Below are positions 30,189-43,140 of a DNA stretch of 64,000 nt, in pieces; the stretch's first letter is position 1, and each line of letters begins with the position of its first letter. A model generated the notes under the pieces. That model did no database searches, had not been told where the DNA came from, and worked only from the letters and a program-made list of their open reading frames with translations. Where the stretch lies: the NCBI RefSeq assembly GCF_009914755.1, contig NC_060942.1. One strand, written 5' to 3'. The stretch is from the human T2T-CHM13v2.0 reference genome, Homo sapiens. The position numbers and the translations under genes were made by a program.

Positions 30189-30556
30189 CAGACGGTTCCC
30201 TACTTACAACTGTTTGACCTATGACCTTTGATTTTTTGACTTTACAATGGTGTGAAAACAATACACATTCAGTAGAAACCGTACTTTGAGTGCCTATACG
30301 ACCAATCTGTTTTTCACTTTCAATACAGTATTCAATAAACTACATGAGATATTTGATGCTTTAATACAAAATAGGCTTCTTGTTACATGATTTTGCCCCC
30401 ATTGTAGGCTAATGCGCATTTCTGGGCACAGTTAAGGCAGACAAGGCTGAGCTATGATGTCAGTAGGTGTATTAAATGCATTTTCCACTTACAATATTTT
30501 TAACTTATGAGGGGTTTATGAGGATATAACCCCACTGTAAATTAAGAAGCATCTCT
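30189..30556 (-). mobile_element. MER47A (TcMar-Tigger)
   Basis: CAGACGGTTCCCTACTTAC...CATTCAGTAGAAACCGTACTT...GTATTAAATGCATTTT...AAGCATCT resembles antisense MER47A as recalled. Confidence 0.85.
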
Positions 30557-30678
30557 ACCAACTTTATCCCAATTGTGATTTCAATCATGGAGTCAGACTG
30601 CTGGATCACACAGTGTAACTCTCGAAGCCATGGGAAAAGAAGCAGGAAAACCAACACCTTCTTCCTTTCCGGTTTCCA

Positions 30679-30686
30679 TGACGTCA
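30679..30686. promoter_or_regulatory. Palindromic CRE/ATF site in a candidate intronic enhancer
   Basis: TGACGTCA with intact CpG; TTCCGG (ETS core) at 30667-30672. Confidence 0.35.
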
Positions 30687-33600
30687 CAATGGGCAGTGCC
30701 AGAAACCACTTTCATGCCACAAGAGTCCTCTACCTGACCAGCCGACTTGGGTATGAAATTAAAGTGGTAGGGACCCAGAGGCCAGAGAAAATATAGAAAT
30801 GCATTTTGGGGCTTCCCAAATATAGTTCAAGACTAGTCCCTCGGGGCTTTCATTTTCCTTCTCCCTCAGTCTGTGCCTGGCCCTCAGCCCAACCCCAGGC
30901 ACCCTGAATGGGTTTTTGGATGGTCTATATCTGGTTCTTCCTGCTGGTCTCCAAGCTGCTCATCTCCCAATTCAGAAACGCTTTGGGTGCTACATCTTAT
31001 CACTTGAATGAAGCCGGGTGGTCTCAACCTCCCTAGGTTGATACTGATATCCCCTCAGTCACTGTGACTTGGAGACTAACATAGTTTACCACACCACTTC
31101 CTTATTTGGAGAGCTATCTTTATAAAAATGACTTTGCCAAGGTGATTACTGAACCAAAAGCAATATTATTTTGTTAAATTCTACACTTATGCTTAAGGTA
31201 TTTATCAAATCTTTAAAATGGCTCACCCGTGCATGCCGTTATCACAATGTGAACAAAGATATATGAGTGAACAGCTCTTCCCAAAGCAAAATCTCTGCAA
31301 GCCACCAACTGCTGAATCCAGAGCACCTTGCAATGCCTATTCCATAGCATCCAACTCTTTTTAGGGAGAGTGAGGCAAGGAAGGCTTTAGAACTCACCAC
31401 CCTCCTAGTCAATACAGTTGCTGATGGAAGCACAAATGTCCCTAAACTCTCTGGGTGTTCTACTAGTCCTGTGACCAGAAAAAGCCTCTTGCCCAAATTG
31501 CTTTTTCTAAACATCAAAGTAACAAAAGGGTGACCCAAGGTTACCCTAAACACATTCCTGCCCCCTTCAGATCTTATCTGTTGCCCTGTGGTCTCTGCTG
31601 CAGGAGGCCACCTCCTGGGTGGCCCTAGGCCCATTGCCACTCTTTTTCTACCCTGGGCGGTTCCAAACAAACTCAGGAAGCCTTAAACAAGAGGCAGATG
31701 GTGAGGAAGAGAAAGTCTGTAAGTAACACCTCTCTATTACATAATGCTAAGCTCACAACCTCCTAGAATCAGCCTTGAAAATACCTAATGGCCTTTCACT
31801 TCAGAGTAAACATGCACTTGAAATAGGCAAAGAGAGGATTATAATTATTTTATTTGATGACCAGTGTACAACCATGTTAGTAAATACCATATCAACATAT
31901 TAGTAGTACATTACAGGTGGGGGTAGGACCATATATTAGTAAATTACAGGTTGGAATAGTAAATATACAGGTTGTAAATTACAGGTTGTTGATTCAATCA
32001 ATACTCTTGTGACATCCAATACCCACCAAGCACTGAGCTAGGTCCCATAGGACACACTTTCTAACCTCACCTAGACCAGATCCCTGTGGAAGTCACTAGT
32101 GCTACTCACCCATATCCACTTCTCCCTTTTTCAGCACAAGAAATATTGAATTGTGATTAAATAGGGTCATATGCCCAGTTCTGGCCAAAGTGATGGAACT
32201 CACCTCTGGGTAGGATCACATAATTGCTAGAGCAAGACCCTGCAGCATTTCCTTCCCGATGCTGCAATGATCTTGCAAGCTCACATCAAGACCAAGACTC
32301 CATCAGTTTGAGTCCTTGAGTGACTACGATGAGCAGGGTCCACCTGCCAACCACACTGGATGCAGCATGGGAAGGAAAGAAACTGTATTTAGCTATGGAG
32401 ACTTGGAGGTATTTGTTACTGCAGCATAACCTCACCTATCTTGCTGGTACGTCACTGTTTAAAAAAGAGAAAAATCTGCAAAAGCATCCCATCAATCTGT
32501 TTTCTAAATCAGATAATATGGAAAAGCAACATTTGTTTCAAAATTCAACTTCATCAGGAACTGAACACTACCTTGAAAAGCAGAGGGTGCTGACAGCATA
32601 GGTGGGTTCAAACAACTCTGAGGGAATTAGAAATGAAAACAGAATGACCCTCAACAATGTAAGGACCGAACTGTATGGAATTCAGCTAAAAAGACTACAA
32701 TGAAAATGCCACCTTCTGACAACAGCAACAGCCATTTATGAAGCAGTGAGCTCCTCAATGAAAGAGGCATTAAAGTTGAGGCTGGATGACCATATTTTCT
32801 CTCCCCAGAAGTCCAATCCTACCTCTCTTGAGCTTCCATTGAAGTTAATTAGAATCAGGTCTTCCTATAGGGAGTTCAATTTTGTGTCTCCCCCTACACC
32901 CAACCCCAACCCCTTGAGTCCATTATCTATCACAGAGTCCATTATCTATCAGGTGCCAATAAACATCTGCTAAATGAATAAATGAGCATTGTAGAAAGGA
33001 AGCAGGCATTGGAGGCAGAGATCAGCCTAATAGCCTCTAGGGATCCTCCAGCCTAAAGCTAAACACATCTGAGGGTGGGGAGCCTCCTTCTTATATAAAA
33101 AAAATTAAGCATCAATGGACACTTTATTATGATTTATTACTGTACACAATTTAAAACCACAATGAAACCTAACACTGCACTGTGGCTATCTTTGTTCTTG
33201 GACGTGCATTTACATGGGCAGGCTACTGTTTTGCCATGTGGAATTTTGTGTGCGAAGTGTTTATTCTTTCTATTAAAAAAAAAACCACACCCTTGTTTCT
33301 ATTGCATTATTACATTCCCTATTATCCCATCACATGTTTTTTCTTCTTGCAGCAACACAGTACACACCCTGTACTATTGCTGACATAAAAATTACTTGTC
33401 AAAAATACCTCTATCTTAGCACCACATTACTCATCTGATCTTTGCAAAGCACTGGCCTTTGTTTCACCTGGGACTAGATAACTCAACTGCTTTTACTAGT
33501 GACTCCTGAATGCTTGTAGTAGAAGGATAAATGCTAGTGTCACCTATGTTTTTAAAGTCACCTTCCAAAACAAAACTACATTGGAGGTGAATAATAAATC

Positions 33601-35191
33601 TTTCAAGTTTTTAACTTCATTTTTCAAGGGATTTGGAGGAAAATGGTGAAGAGAGAATCTGTCACAGATACCACGGTGTTACTGCAATGTAAAAGAGAGT
33701 ACACCAGGAGCCTTTGGCCCTCAGCAATCTGTCTTCCTACAAGAAAAATCGAAAGCCCATTTCCATAACCATTCTTATTCCCTGCTACTAGTGTAGGATG
33801 CGCAGGACTCTGCCCTCTAGCAGAAAATGCTAATGCCGGAGTGTCCTGCTAAGTCTGAAGGTTACGTTTTTTCATTGCACTCTTATCAAGATAACCCCAG
33901 ATCTGGCTAGGCTGACATCAAAACAGAACTATCCTTGGAAAGAAAAGAACAGGCCAGAGTTTTTGGAAAAGCCCCAATAACCTAAAGATAAAATCCAGAA
34001 TGAGAGTCTACTGGTTCATGGCTATCTAAATGGAAACTTCACTCAAGCTGTTTTCTCTGTTCTCTTTCTGCTGCCCCCAACAGCCCTCCCTTCCACCTCC
34101 CAGTACTCACTGCTAGCATGTCTCTCTTAATATTGCAAACACTATTACAATGAAGGAACAGAAGAAAGACAGTATTTCATACGAAGGTCACTGCATTTGA
34201 CCGGTGCTCAATTAGAGCACTGGGCAAAAGTACAATCAGCCTTCCAATGATACCTTTTCAACAAAGGATACCCCACCTCTAGACTGAAGCCTAAATCTAT
34301 TACTACAGATAAGAAAGCAGGCATCTATGGAAACCTAACATTCAGATACAACTGCCTGTGTATGAATTATATCAAAATTCCCATGAAAGGAAACCAGGTG
34401 GGATTTCTACAATCCCAAATTCACCCTGCACCTACCTCCAATGGCTTCTTCAAAGGGAAGGTATAAAGTCATTTGCAATTTATTTCTTTGAACCAGGAGT
34501 TTTAGCAGCCCCCACACCTTCTCACAGATAGGAACGATGTTGATGCAGAAACCACCCAAACAGCCCTGTGCCAGCACTGTCGGCCCAAATGACCCAGAGA
34601 CACCCAGGCGCTACCCAGATCGTGGGGGGTTACCTGTATCTGTCACCGAGTCTCTTTCACCCCTTCTGCGTGATGACATCAAGTGGAAATGGTACACGTT
34701 TAGGAGGCAAGAGGCTGACAGGCAGGAAACACAATTGAGACTGAGCTTTCTTCAGCCTGCAGTGAAATACATGCAGGAAGGGTTAGATACGCGCCGCGGA
34801 GAAGGAAATCCAAGCGCCCTCCTGGGCAGACGGGGCTGGAGCGGGTGCACTAGGGAGGTGGAGCAAGGCAGATGAGGTGTGGAGGGCTGGCGGCCGAGAA
34901 GGGGGCGTCACGGCTCCTAATTGTCTCTACAGGATAAATAACCACCTCCCCCCTCCTCCGCAGTCTCCCCCGCCCACGAGTTCCCCTCTGGTGGCAGAGC
35001 GCCTACTAGCAACAGTAAGCCCTAGGAAAGAAAGAAATCGGAGCAGGTGGGGAATAACATCTTGGGGCAAAGACACACTGGCAAAATCTACCAGGTAACC
35101 CGGTCATATGGGAATGCGGGGCGCCTAGTCAGCCGCGCAGACAGGCACACAGCGCGGCAATCCCGAGCATCTTTCTTTCGTTTGCCCCTGT

Positions 35192-35255
35192 CCGCCACCT
35201 CATCAAGTCACCGCCACCTCATCAAGTCACCGTCACCTCATCAAGTCACCGTCAC
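35192..35255. repeat. 19-bp tandem repeat x3.4
   Basis: CCG(C/T)CACCTCATCAAGTCA at 35192, 35211 and 35230, plus a partial unit. Confidence 0.95.
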
Positions 35256-35988
35256 TCTGCTTTGGCGATTTCTCTACTCTCTCCAGACCCAGGCAGCGCT
35301 CCCCAAGCCATGCCCCGACCCCAGGCGGGATTGGGGACCGCCGCTTCCCGAGCAGCGCCCCACGAGTCCAGCTGGCTTTGTCCTGCCGCTGTCCTTCCAG
35401 GAGCAAGCGCCCCAGGCGCGTGTGTCTGCACAAAAGACCCCCAACATCTGGCCCTTCACAGCGCTCTCTAATCCCGGGAGGGGCCCTGGGGCAACTTCTA
35501 GGGCTGGAGAAGGCGCGAGACAAGGGGACCGGGAGAAGATGAGCCGGGGTGTGTGCGGGCCGGGGGCGCAACTGGGGCGGGCGCGCGCGCACGTGCACAC
35601 CCAGGGGCGCGCGCGGCGCGGGCACGAGGAAAGCTCCCTCGGACCGGAGCTCCAGGGGGCATCCGAGGACTCGGCCGAGCAGCCGACAGCGCCGCTCCCC
35701 GCCGCGGCCGCCCGCCCAACTCCGCCAGCTCTCAGGAGACACGCAACTCCCGGGACCACCTCCCCCGTGCCCCGCCAGACCCCGCGCTCCCCTCCCCGGG
35801 ACCCTGCGGCCCCGCCACCCCCTCCGCGGTCCAGAAGATCTCCCCAGTTACAGCAGGCGGCAGCTGCCCTTTCCCGCTTCCACGGCTTCGGCGCGGCCGC
35901 CGTAGGGGCGCAGACATTCCTGCGCACCCCTCTGTCCGCCCCCGATCCGGAGCCGGCAGAGCAGAGAAACAAACCGAAACTCACTGAC

Positions 35989-36300
35989 CTTTCTCCGCGG
36001 CGGGCTCGGGTGCTCGCTACAGAGGCGGCGGCGGCGGCGACAGCATCGCCGGGTGGTCCCGGCGCGCCCGCTCCTTTCAGCCAGACTCGCGCCCCGGGCC
36101 GGCGGCCGCCGCTCCTCCGGCCGAGAGCCACGGGGCGGACGCTGACAGCGCGGCGGCGGCGCCTGCAGCCCCAGCACCCGGCCCGGCCCTTCGGGCGGCA
36201 CCCCCACCTGCCCGGCCGCCCTCCGCGTTCGCGGTCGGACACCGCCGCCAGGCGCTCGGCACCGAGCGAGAGCTTTTTGTGTCACTGAGACTCCGGCACC
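35989..36300 (-). other. Probable non-coding first exon of an unidentified minus-strand gene (TSS approximate)
   Basis: Inside the CpG island; ends at GAGAAAG|GTCAGTGAGT donor; contains (CCG)5 and only a 9-codon ATG ORF. Confidence 0.55.
36017..36046 (-). other. Putative uORF MLSPPPPPL*
   Basis: GCG-ATG CTG TCG CCG CCG CCG CCG CCT CTG TAG; G at -3. Confidence 0.45.
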
Positions 36301-36590
36301 AAAGGGGGTGGGGGGAGAGGCTGGGCTCCGCTCCCCGCGGCACCGCCCTCCCCGGCGGCTCCACCCCCTCCTCCCCGCCCACAGCCCGGCGGGCCCGGGA
36401 CTTCTCTCCGTCAGTCCCGAATCGCCCACCTCCCCCGGGGTGAGGGGCTGCCTACCCTCTCTCGCGCGCTCCCTCGGCTTTGCCCCCAGTGCCTACCCTC
36501 GGCCAGGACCTCGACGCCGTCTCTCTACCGTGCAAAAGCGGGACCTGAGCTGGCGGCAGGTGTGAAAGGAGGCCTGGGCAGCCGGGAGGA

Positions 36591-36639
36591 GGGGCAGGGC
36601 CGGGAAGGGGGCCGGGGCCGCGGTGGGTGGGTTGGGGGG
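36591..36639 (+). promoter_or_regulatory. G-quadruplex-forming motif upstream of the putative TSS
   Basis: GGGGCAGGGCCGGGAAGGGGGCCGGGGCCGCGGTGGGTGGGTTGGGGGG: eight runs of G>=3 with short loops. Confidence 0.6.
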
Positions 36640-37297
36640 TGCCCAGTCTGTGCCTAGGACCCGGACAGCGAGAGGGAGGAGCTGAGATCATCAGGTTTCC
36701 AGAAGCTGCCCTGCATCCTCGTCACCGGATACTTTTTGGCTGCCCCTAAAAGTTCACGTAGTCCAGCCAGGGTGGGGCCCCGCTTTCCAAAGAGGCCCGA
36801 ATGGACACCCCACTACTTGAATCCCTCGAATGGGGGACAAGAAGCAGGGGAGTAAAGAGATGCAAGTCCTAGGGGTTATATGGAAGCGCGAACCCCACGG
36901 AACCTCGGGGCCCACCCTATTCCACACCTTAAAACCTAACTTCGACCTAGGGAGGTGCTTAGAATGTCTTGTTCCCCGGAGAAAATCTCCCGCCTCTTGA
37001 GTTAACTGCGAAATAGGAGAATGGAGGAGAAAGGTCCTTGGTAGAAGATAGTTCCATGCCCTTTGGTGCCTTTTTAAAGGATTTCTCTGCAGCATGAAAA
37101 CCTAAAACTCTCTTCTTGAGATGAAGTTCAGCCTGCGGACGTTACCCGGTCCCCAGCAGCAGGGCTCAGTTGAGTGTGATCCCCACGGATTCCAGCGGCA
37201 CTTGCTGCCTTTCCCCACTGCTGGAGTGGAGCCGTCTTTGTCTTAAGGTCCGTAGTATCCGCAAGGAAAGAGTCCCCATTTTCACTCCCCCAAGTAG

Positions 37298-37634
<337 letters not shown>

Positions 37635-38048
37635 TTTTTGTTTTTTTTTTTTTTTTTTTTTTTAGAGGAAGCCCTGTGAGCCAGTGGGGACTCTAGGTAA
37701 CCTACTATAAAACTCACAATGTACTGAGAGCACTCTTGTCATGTCCCACAATTACGACCTGTTGATGGGGTTTCCAAAAGTGCTGTCCTTAAGCACATAC
37801 ATAAAACTGGTCATCTAGAAACAGATAAAGCTTCATGGGTATCAGTTGTCCCTGGGATCCCAATTAAAACGTTGCCTCCTATGGTCATCTGACTGATCCT
37901 TATCCCTTTGTTCACCCAAGCTAAAACCTCCTTCGTACACCTGAAAAGAGTAAAAGCTGTATCCATGTTTTAGAAGCCTAAGGTAATCCTGAAGTAGAAG
38001 ACTTCAAGAGTCTTTATTTTAAGCCCCAACTTCAGGGCAGGAAGGAGA

Positions 38049-38359
38049 ATTTTTTTTTTTTTTTTTTTTTTGAGACAGGGTCTCACTGTGTTGCCCAGGC
38101 TGGAGTGTAGTGGCCAAAATCCTGGCTCACCACAACCTCAATCTCCCAGGCTCAAGCATCCCCCTGCCTCAGCCTCCCAAGTAGCTGGGAGACTTCAGGA
38201 GTGCCACCATGCCCAGTTAATTTTTGTATTTTTTTATTTTTGTAGAGATAGGGGTCTCTCTTTGTTGCTCTGGTTTGGTCTTGATCCTGGCCTCAAGTGA
38301 TCTTCCTGCCTCAGCCTCCCAAAGTGCTGGAATTGCAGGCGTAAGCCACCAAGCCCAGC
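38049..38359 (-). mobile_element. AluJ
   Basis: GACAGGGTCTCACTGTG, CCCAGGCTCAAGC; diverged. Confidence 0.93.
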
Positions 38360-39231
38360 TCCAGAAATTCACTTTAAGGAGAAGTTAATGAGGGTCTTGA
38401 AAACTCTGATGTTGGCAAGGAGTTGGAATAAGGAAGATGAGTTATAACATCCCAAATTTTACTAGGAAAGTTCAGCCTAGAAATGTTATGATTATACAAG
38501 AATGACTTTAAAGACTACTCTTCAGAAGCTAATTTCAGGGATCAGTAATTGTTCCAAAATTTTTCAACTCTTTTATTCAGCTGCTTTTGGAACTATTGTT
38601 TGGGGGATTCAAGCATTCAACTCGATGTGGAATAACCACCCCCATCCTGACTCTTTCACTTCCACTGGCTGGGATTTTAATTCACAGAGCATCATGGGTG
38701 TTCTGCCTTCTGTCCAGTCTTGTAAAGCTGTCACACAGAGAAGGTTAATTAACTAGGGCAGACTGGGATAGGCCAGTTCTTAAGGCTGGTCGTAGGCCAG
38801 CACTGGGGCGGGCAAAAACAGTTTGAGTCAGAGGAAGAACAGGCAACAACACGTCCCAGCAGAGTCTTCGGTGAGAAATTCCAGGATCAAGGCTGTTAGG
38901 ACCAGGTAGTGTTTAGAGCTGCAAGCCAGCAAGCAGCATGGTCAGAGAATCTGGCATTGCCCTGGAGACTGGGCACTGCCCATGTGTGGGAGAGAGAGAG
39001 GGAATCAAGGCTGAATCCCAGGTCTTGAAGGACTAGGGCTGTCAGGATGGGACCCCAGCACTGGGGACTGAGATAAAGATCCAAATATTCATGAATTCAT
39101 ACAACAAATATTCATTGAGTATGGACTATGTACTGGGAACCTGGTCCTAGGGTTAGGATAGAGAAAACGCCCCCAAATTCCTGCCCTCACAGAACTTACA
39201 TTCTAATGGAGGAATCAGACAATACCAAAAA

Positions 39232-39972
39232 TATTGATGAAAAGAGTTGAACTCTGTAAAATATTTGAAGAGATTTATTCTGAGCCAAATATGAGTGACC
39301 ATGGCCCATGACACAGCCCTCAGGAGGTCCCGAGAACATGTGCCCAAGGTGGTCAGGGTACAGCTTGGTTTTATACATTTTAGGGAGGCATGAGACACCA
39401 ATCAGATACATTTAAGAAATACTGGTCCAGAAAGGCGGAACAACTCAAAGCAGGGGCTTCCAGGCTATAGGTGAATTTAAACATTTTCTGGTTGACAATT
39501 GGTTGAGTTTGTCTAAAGACCTGAAATAGAAAGGGAATGTTCAGGTTAAGATCAAGATTATGGAGACCAAAGTTCTTTTGAAATCTTATAGCGGCTGCCC
39601 TTAGAGACAGTAGGTGACAAATGTTTCCTATTCAGATCTTAGTTAATCTCTTTAGGATTGAGAGCGTCTGGAAGAAAAATATCTAGCTATGTTAATAGAG
39701 ATTCTTTACAGATGCCAATTTTCCTCCACAAAGAACAGCTTTGCAGAGTCATTTCAAAATATGGAAAGAAACATGTTTTGGGGTAAAATATTTTGATATT
39801 CTTTTTTGCCTTATAATGTTATGCCAGAGTCAGGTTGGAAAGTAAATCATGATATATAGGGTTAAATAAAACCCATCTGATGAGAATTTATGATTTGTAG
39901 GGCATGACTCCCCAGACCCCTTAGATAGGAATTTGGGCAAGATGAAAAAAAAAAAATCAGAGTTTAGTCCCA
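39232..39972 (-). mobile_element. MER4-family (ERV1) solo LTR
   Basis: TTTATTCTGAGCCAAATATGAGTGACCATGGCCC...GAACATGTGCCCAAGGTGGTC...GGGCATGACTCCCCAGACCCCTTAGATAGGAATTTGGGCAAG. Confidence 0.85.
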
Positions 39973-40032
39973 TGATAAATAAATAAATCGTATGTTGGAG
40001 AGTGAAAAAGGTAAGGGAGAAAACAAAGTGGG

Positions 40033-40429
<397 letters not shown>

Positions 40430-41432
40430 TCAGTGGCCAGGGAGGGCCTCCCTGAGGAGGCATTTTCTGAGCTGAAAACTGCAGGAAGAAAAGCACAGTG
40501 TCATGCCAGTAAATAGGGAAAGCCTGTTGCCATCATCGGAGGGAACAAGTGGGGGGTGTCTGCACTTCCCCGCGGGCAAAGGTCGAGATGCTGGAACTGG
40601 GTTACAGGGACAGTCAGATCTATAACATTGATTGATGCTGAGTCACCTGAGGTTGTATTAGAGTTGCTTACATTGGGGCAGGGATGAGTTCTTCATCTTT
40701 GTACCTGCAGCATGGAGCACAGGTGCCCAATAAATGTTTATTGAGCTGAGCCCTTAAATCTCCCAGAACCTGGCATGGAGCTGAGATTAATGTGATCCCA
40801 TAATACCCAGGGCAGCCCTTCTGTCGGGGATGACACTTTCACAAAAGAATGTGATGATCTCTTCAGTCGCTTTTCATTACTGTCTTCCTGATCTGGGAGG
40901 GCAGAGATCATCTTTCAACTTGTATCCTCAGCACCTAACACGCTAAGAAGAAGGCGGACAGTGGGGCAAGAAGGCAGAGAGAGAGAGAAATCGGGAGGAG
41001 GAAACAAGCAAACCCTATTCAGTGCTTGATTATCACTACAGATCCTAATCCAGTCCAATACTGAGAGTGACTTTTCTACTCAACGTGTTTGAATTTTACA
41101 TGTTAAAATTGCACCTTGAAACTGAATTAGGGTGGTAGTTGCACAACCCAGTAAATCTACTAAAAATCATTGAATTCTACACTTAACACGAGTGGATTTT
41201 ATGGTATGTAAATTATACCTCAATAAACTGTTTAAAAGCATTGAAGTGGGATCCCATGTTTAGACAATTTTCACAAGCTGTCAATAATAAGCCACAAAGT
41301 CGTCTTTAACCGAACACGTTATCATCCTTCCTAATAGATGTTTAAAATTTGCAGACCAAATTGATCTGCCAATTTACTTTTCCCTTATGTGATATTAGCC
41401 ACCTTAAAGTATATATAGTCTTAAAAAGTCTA

Positions 41433-41763
<331 letters not shown>

Positions 41764-42077
41764 TTATTTAGCCTCAAAAAGTTTACTAGTAATGATTGCT
41801 TAATATAGTGCACACTTCAAAACTGTTCTTATTTTGGGGCCCTATATAAACCAATCCCACAGACTTCTTATTCTGGTAAGATGTTCTGGATGCAAAAGGT
41901 ATTAATTTGACATATTGTCTAATCTCTTTCCTATTTAGAGCCCAGTGCTACTTAGGACAATGAAACTTCATCTAGAACAAAATACTGAAGTATTTTGGAA
42001 ACCTCAAAAGATTTGAATAGGAAATAATCCAAATTGCTTTTCTAAAAGTAGTGGTGGATTGAACAAAGCCATCTCTA

Positions 42078-42088
42078 TTTTCTTTCTT

Positions 42089-42121
<33 letters not shown>

Positions 42122-42394
42122 GTTTTTGAGATGGAGTCTCCCTCTGTCGCCCAGGCTGGAGTGCAGTGGCGCAATCTTGGCCTTCTGGGTTCAAGCAATT
42201 CTCCTGCCTTAGCTTCCTGAGTAGCTGGGATTACAGGCATGTGCCACGACGCCGGGCTAATTTTTGTGTTTTTAATAGAGATGGGGTTTCACCAGTTGAC
42301 CAGGCTGGTCTCGAACTCCTGACCTCAAGTGACCCACCCACCTCAAGTGATCCTAAAGTGCTAGGATTACAGGCGTGAGTCAACACACCCCACC
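42078..42394 (-). mobile_element. AluS with an internal deletion and a small duplication
   Basis: Antisense Alu; CCTCAAGTGA repeated at 42323 and 42341. Confidence 0.95.
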
Positions 42395-43140
42395 TCTCTA
42401 TTTTTTTAACCTCATCTTCGATATGCACAACACACATTCCAAAACAGTTGGCTAGAATGATGTGACCATTGCCAAGGGCGATGGTCGGTCACCATGCAAC
42501 ATGTTTAACAACCTGCAGGCGCAGACCTCCACCTATCATTTTGGGCAATGACCATACACAATCAGTATGGCCTTTATGGTGTGTGTCCTGGCTAAACATC
42601 AGCTCAGACTATGATGCCAAAGTCCTCTGGACACCCTCCTAAGCAGCAGGTATCTGCTGTGTTCTTATCATGTTTGTGCAGTTCGGGGTTGAGTAAGATC
42701 CTCACATCCACTAGCAAATTGCTGGTGTCTTTGCTATAAGTACAATAGAGGAGAATCATCATACACTGAGCTCCATTCCTTGTACAATCAACACAAGACA
42801 GTGTTCGCCCTCCCTAATGGATTGGAGTGACCACATGTGATCAGCCAGGGAAGGGTTGGATGTGGAGCTCCCCTCTCACCCCACTGTCTGCCACCTCCAC
42901 CATCTGTCCTACTCACCTTCCCTCCAGGTCACCTTCTGTCACCCATGCGGTTCCAACTGTCCTCCTTATCTTTCCTTTCCATTGGCTATCAGGTTCCTGG
43001 CATCCACTTGGCCCCTCCCCTCCTGCTGCTCCAGCTGCCAGATCATGGAATGGTGCCACTTTGAGAAAGGAGAAAAGGAACAAAAGAGCCAGGAGGTCCC
43101 ACCACTGTTTTTTGAGACCCCCAAGTCTGAATCCAATGTC

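Larger units (their letters stand above)
34780..36720. promoter_or_regulatory. CpG island / promoter
   Basis: About 2 kb of very high GC with dense undepleted CpG and multiple GC boxes (GGGGCGG, CCCGCCC), in a CpG-depleted background. Confidence 0.95.

Noticed and set aside
35192-35255. Direct repeats as a CRISPR-like array
   Set aside because: Units are contiguous with no spacers; human DNA; no cas genes
35047-36288. 413-aa plus-strand ORF and overlapping 322-, 193- and 169-aa minus-strand ORFs
   Set aside because: Non-ATG starts, Pro/Arg/Ala/Gly-rich low complexity, open in many frames at once; expected from stop-codon scarcity in a CpG island, with no recognisable domain
34780-36720. Assigning a gene symbol to the CpG-island gene
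   Set aside because: No coding exon in the window and I do not recognise the 5'UTR; BLAT to the human genome would settle it
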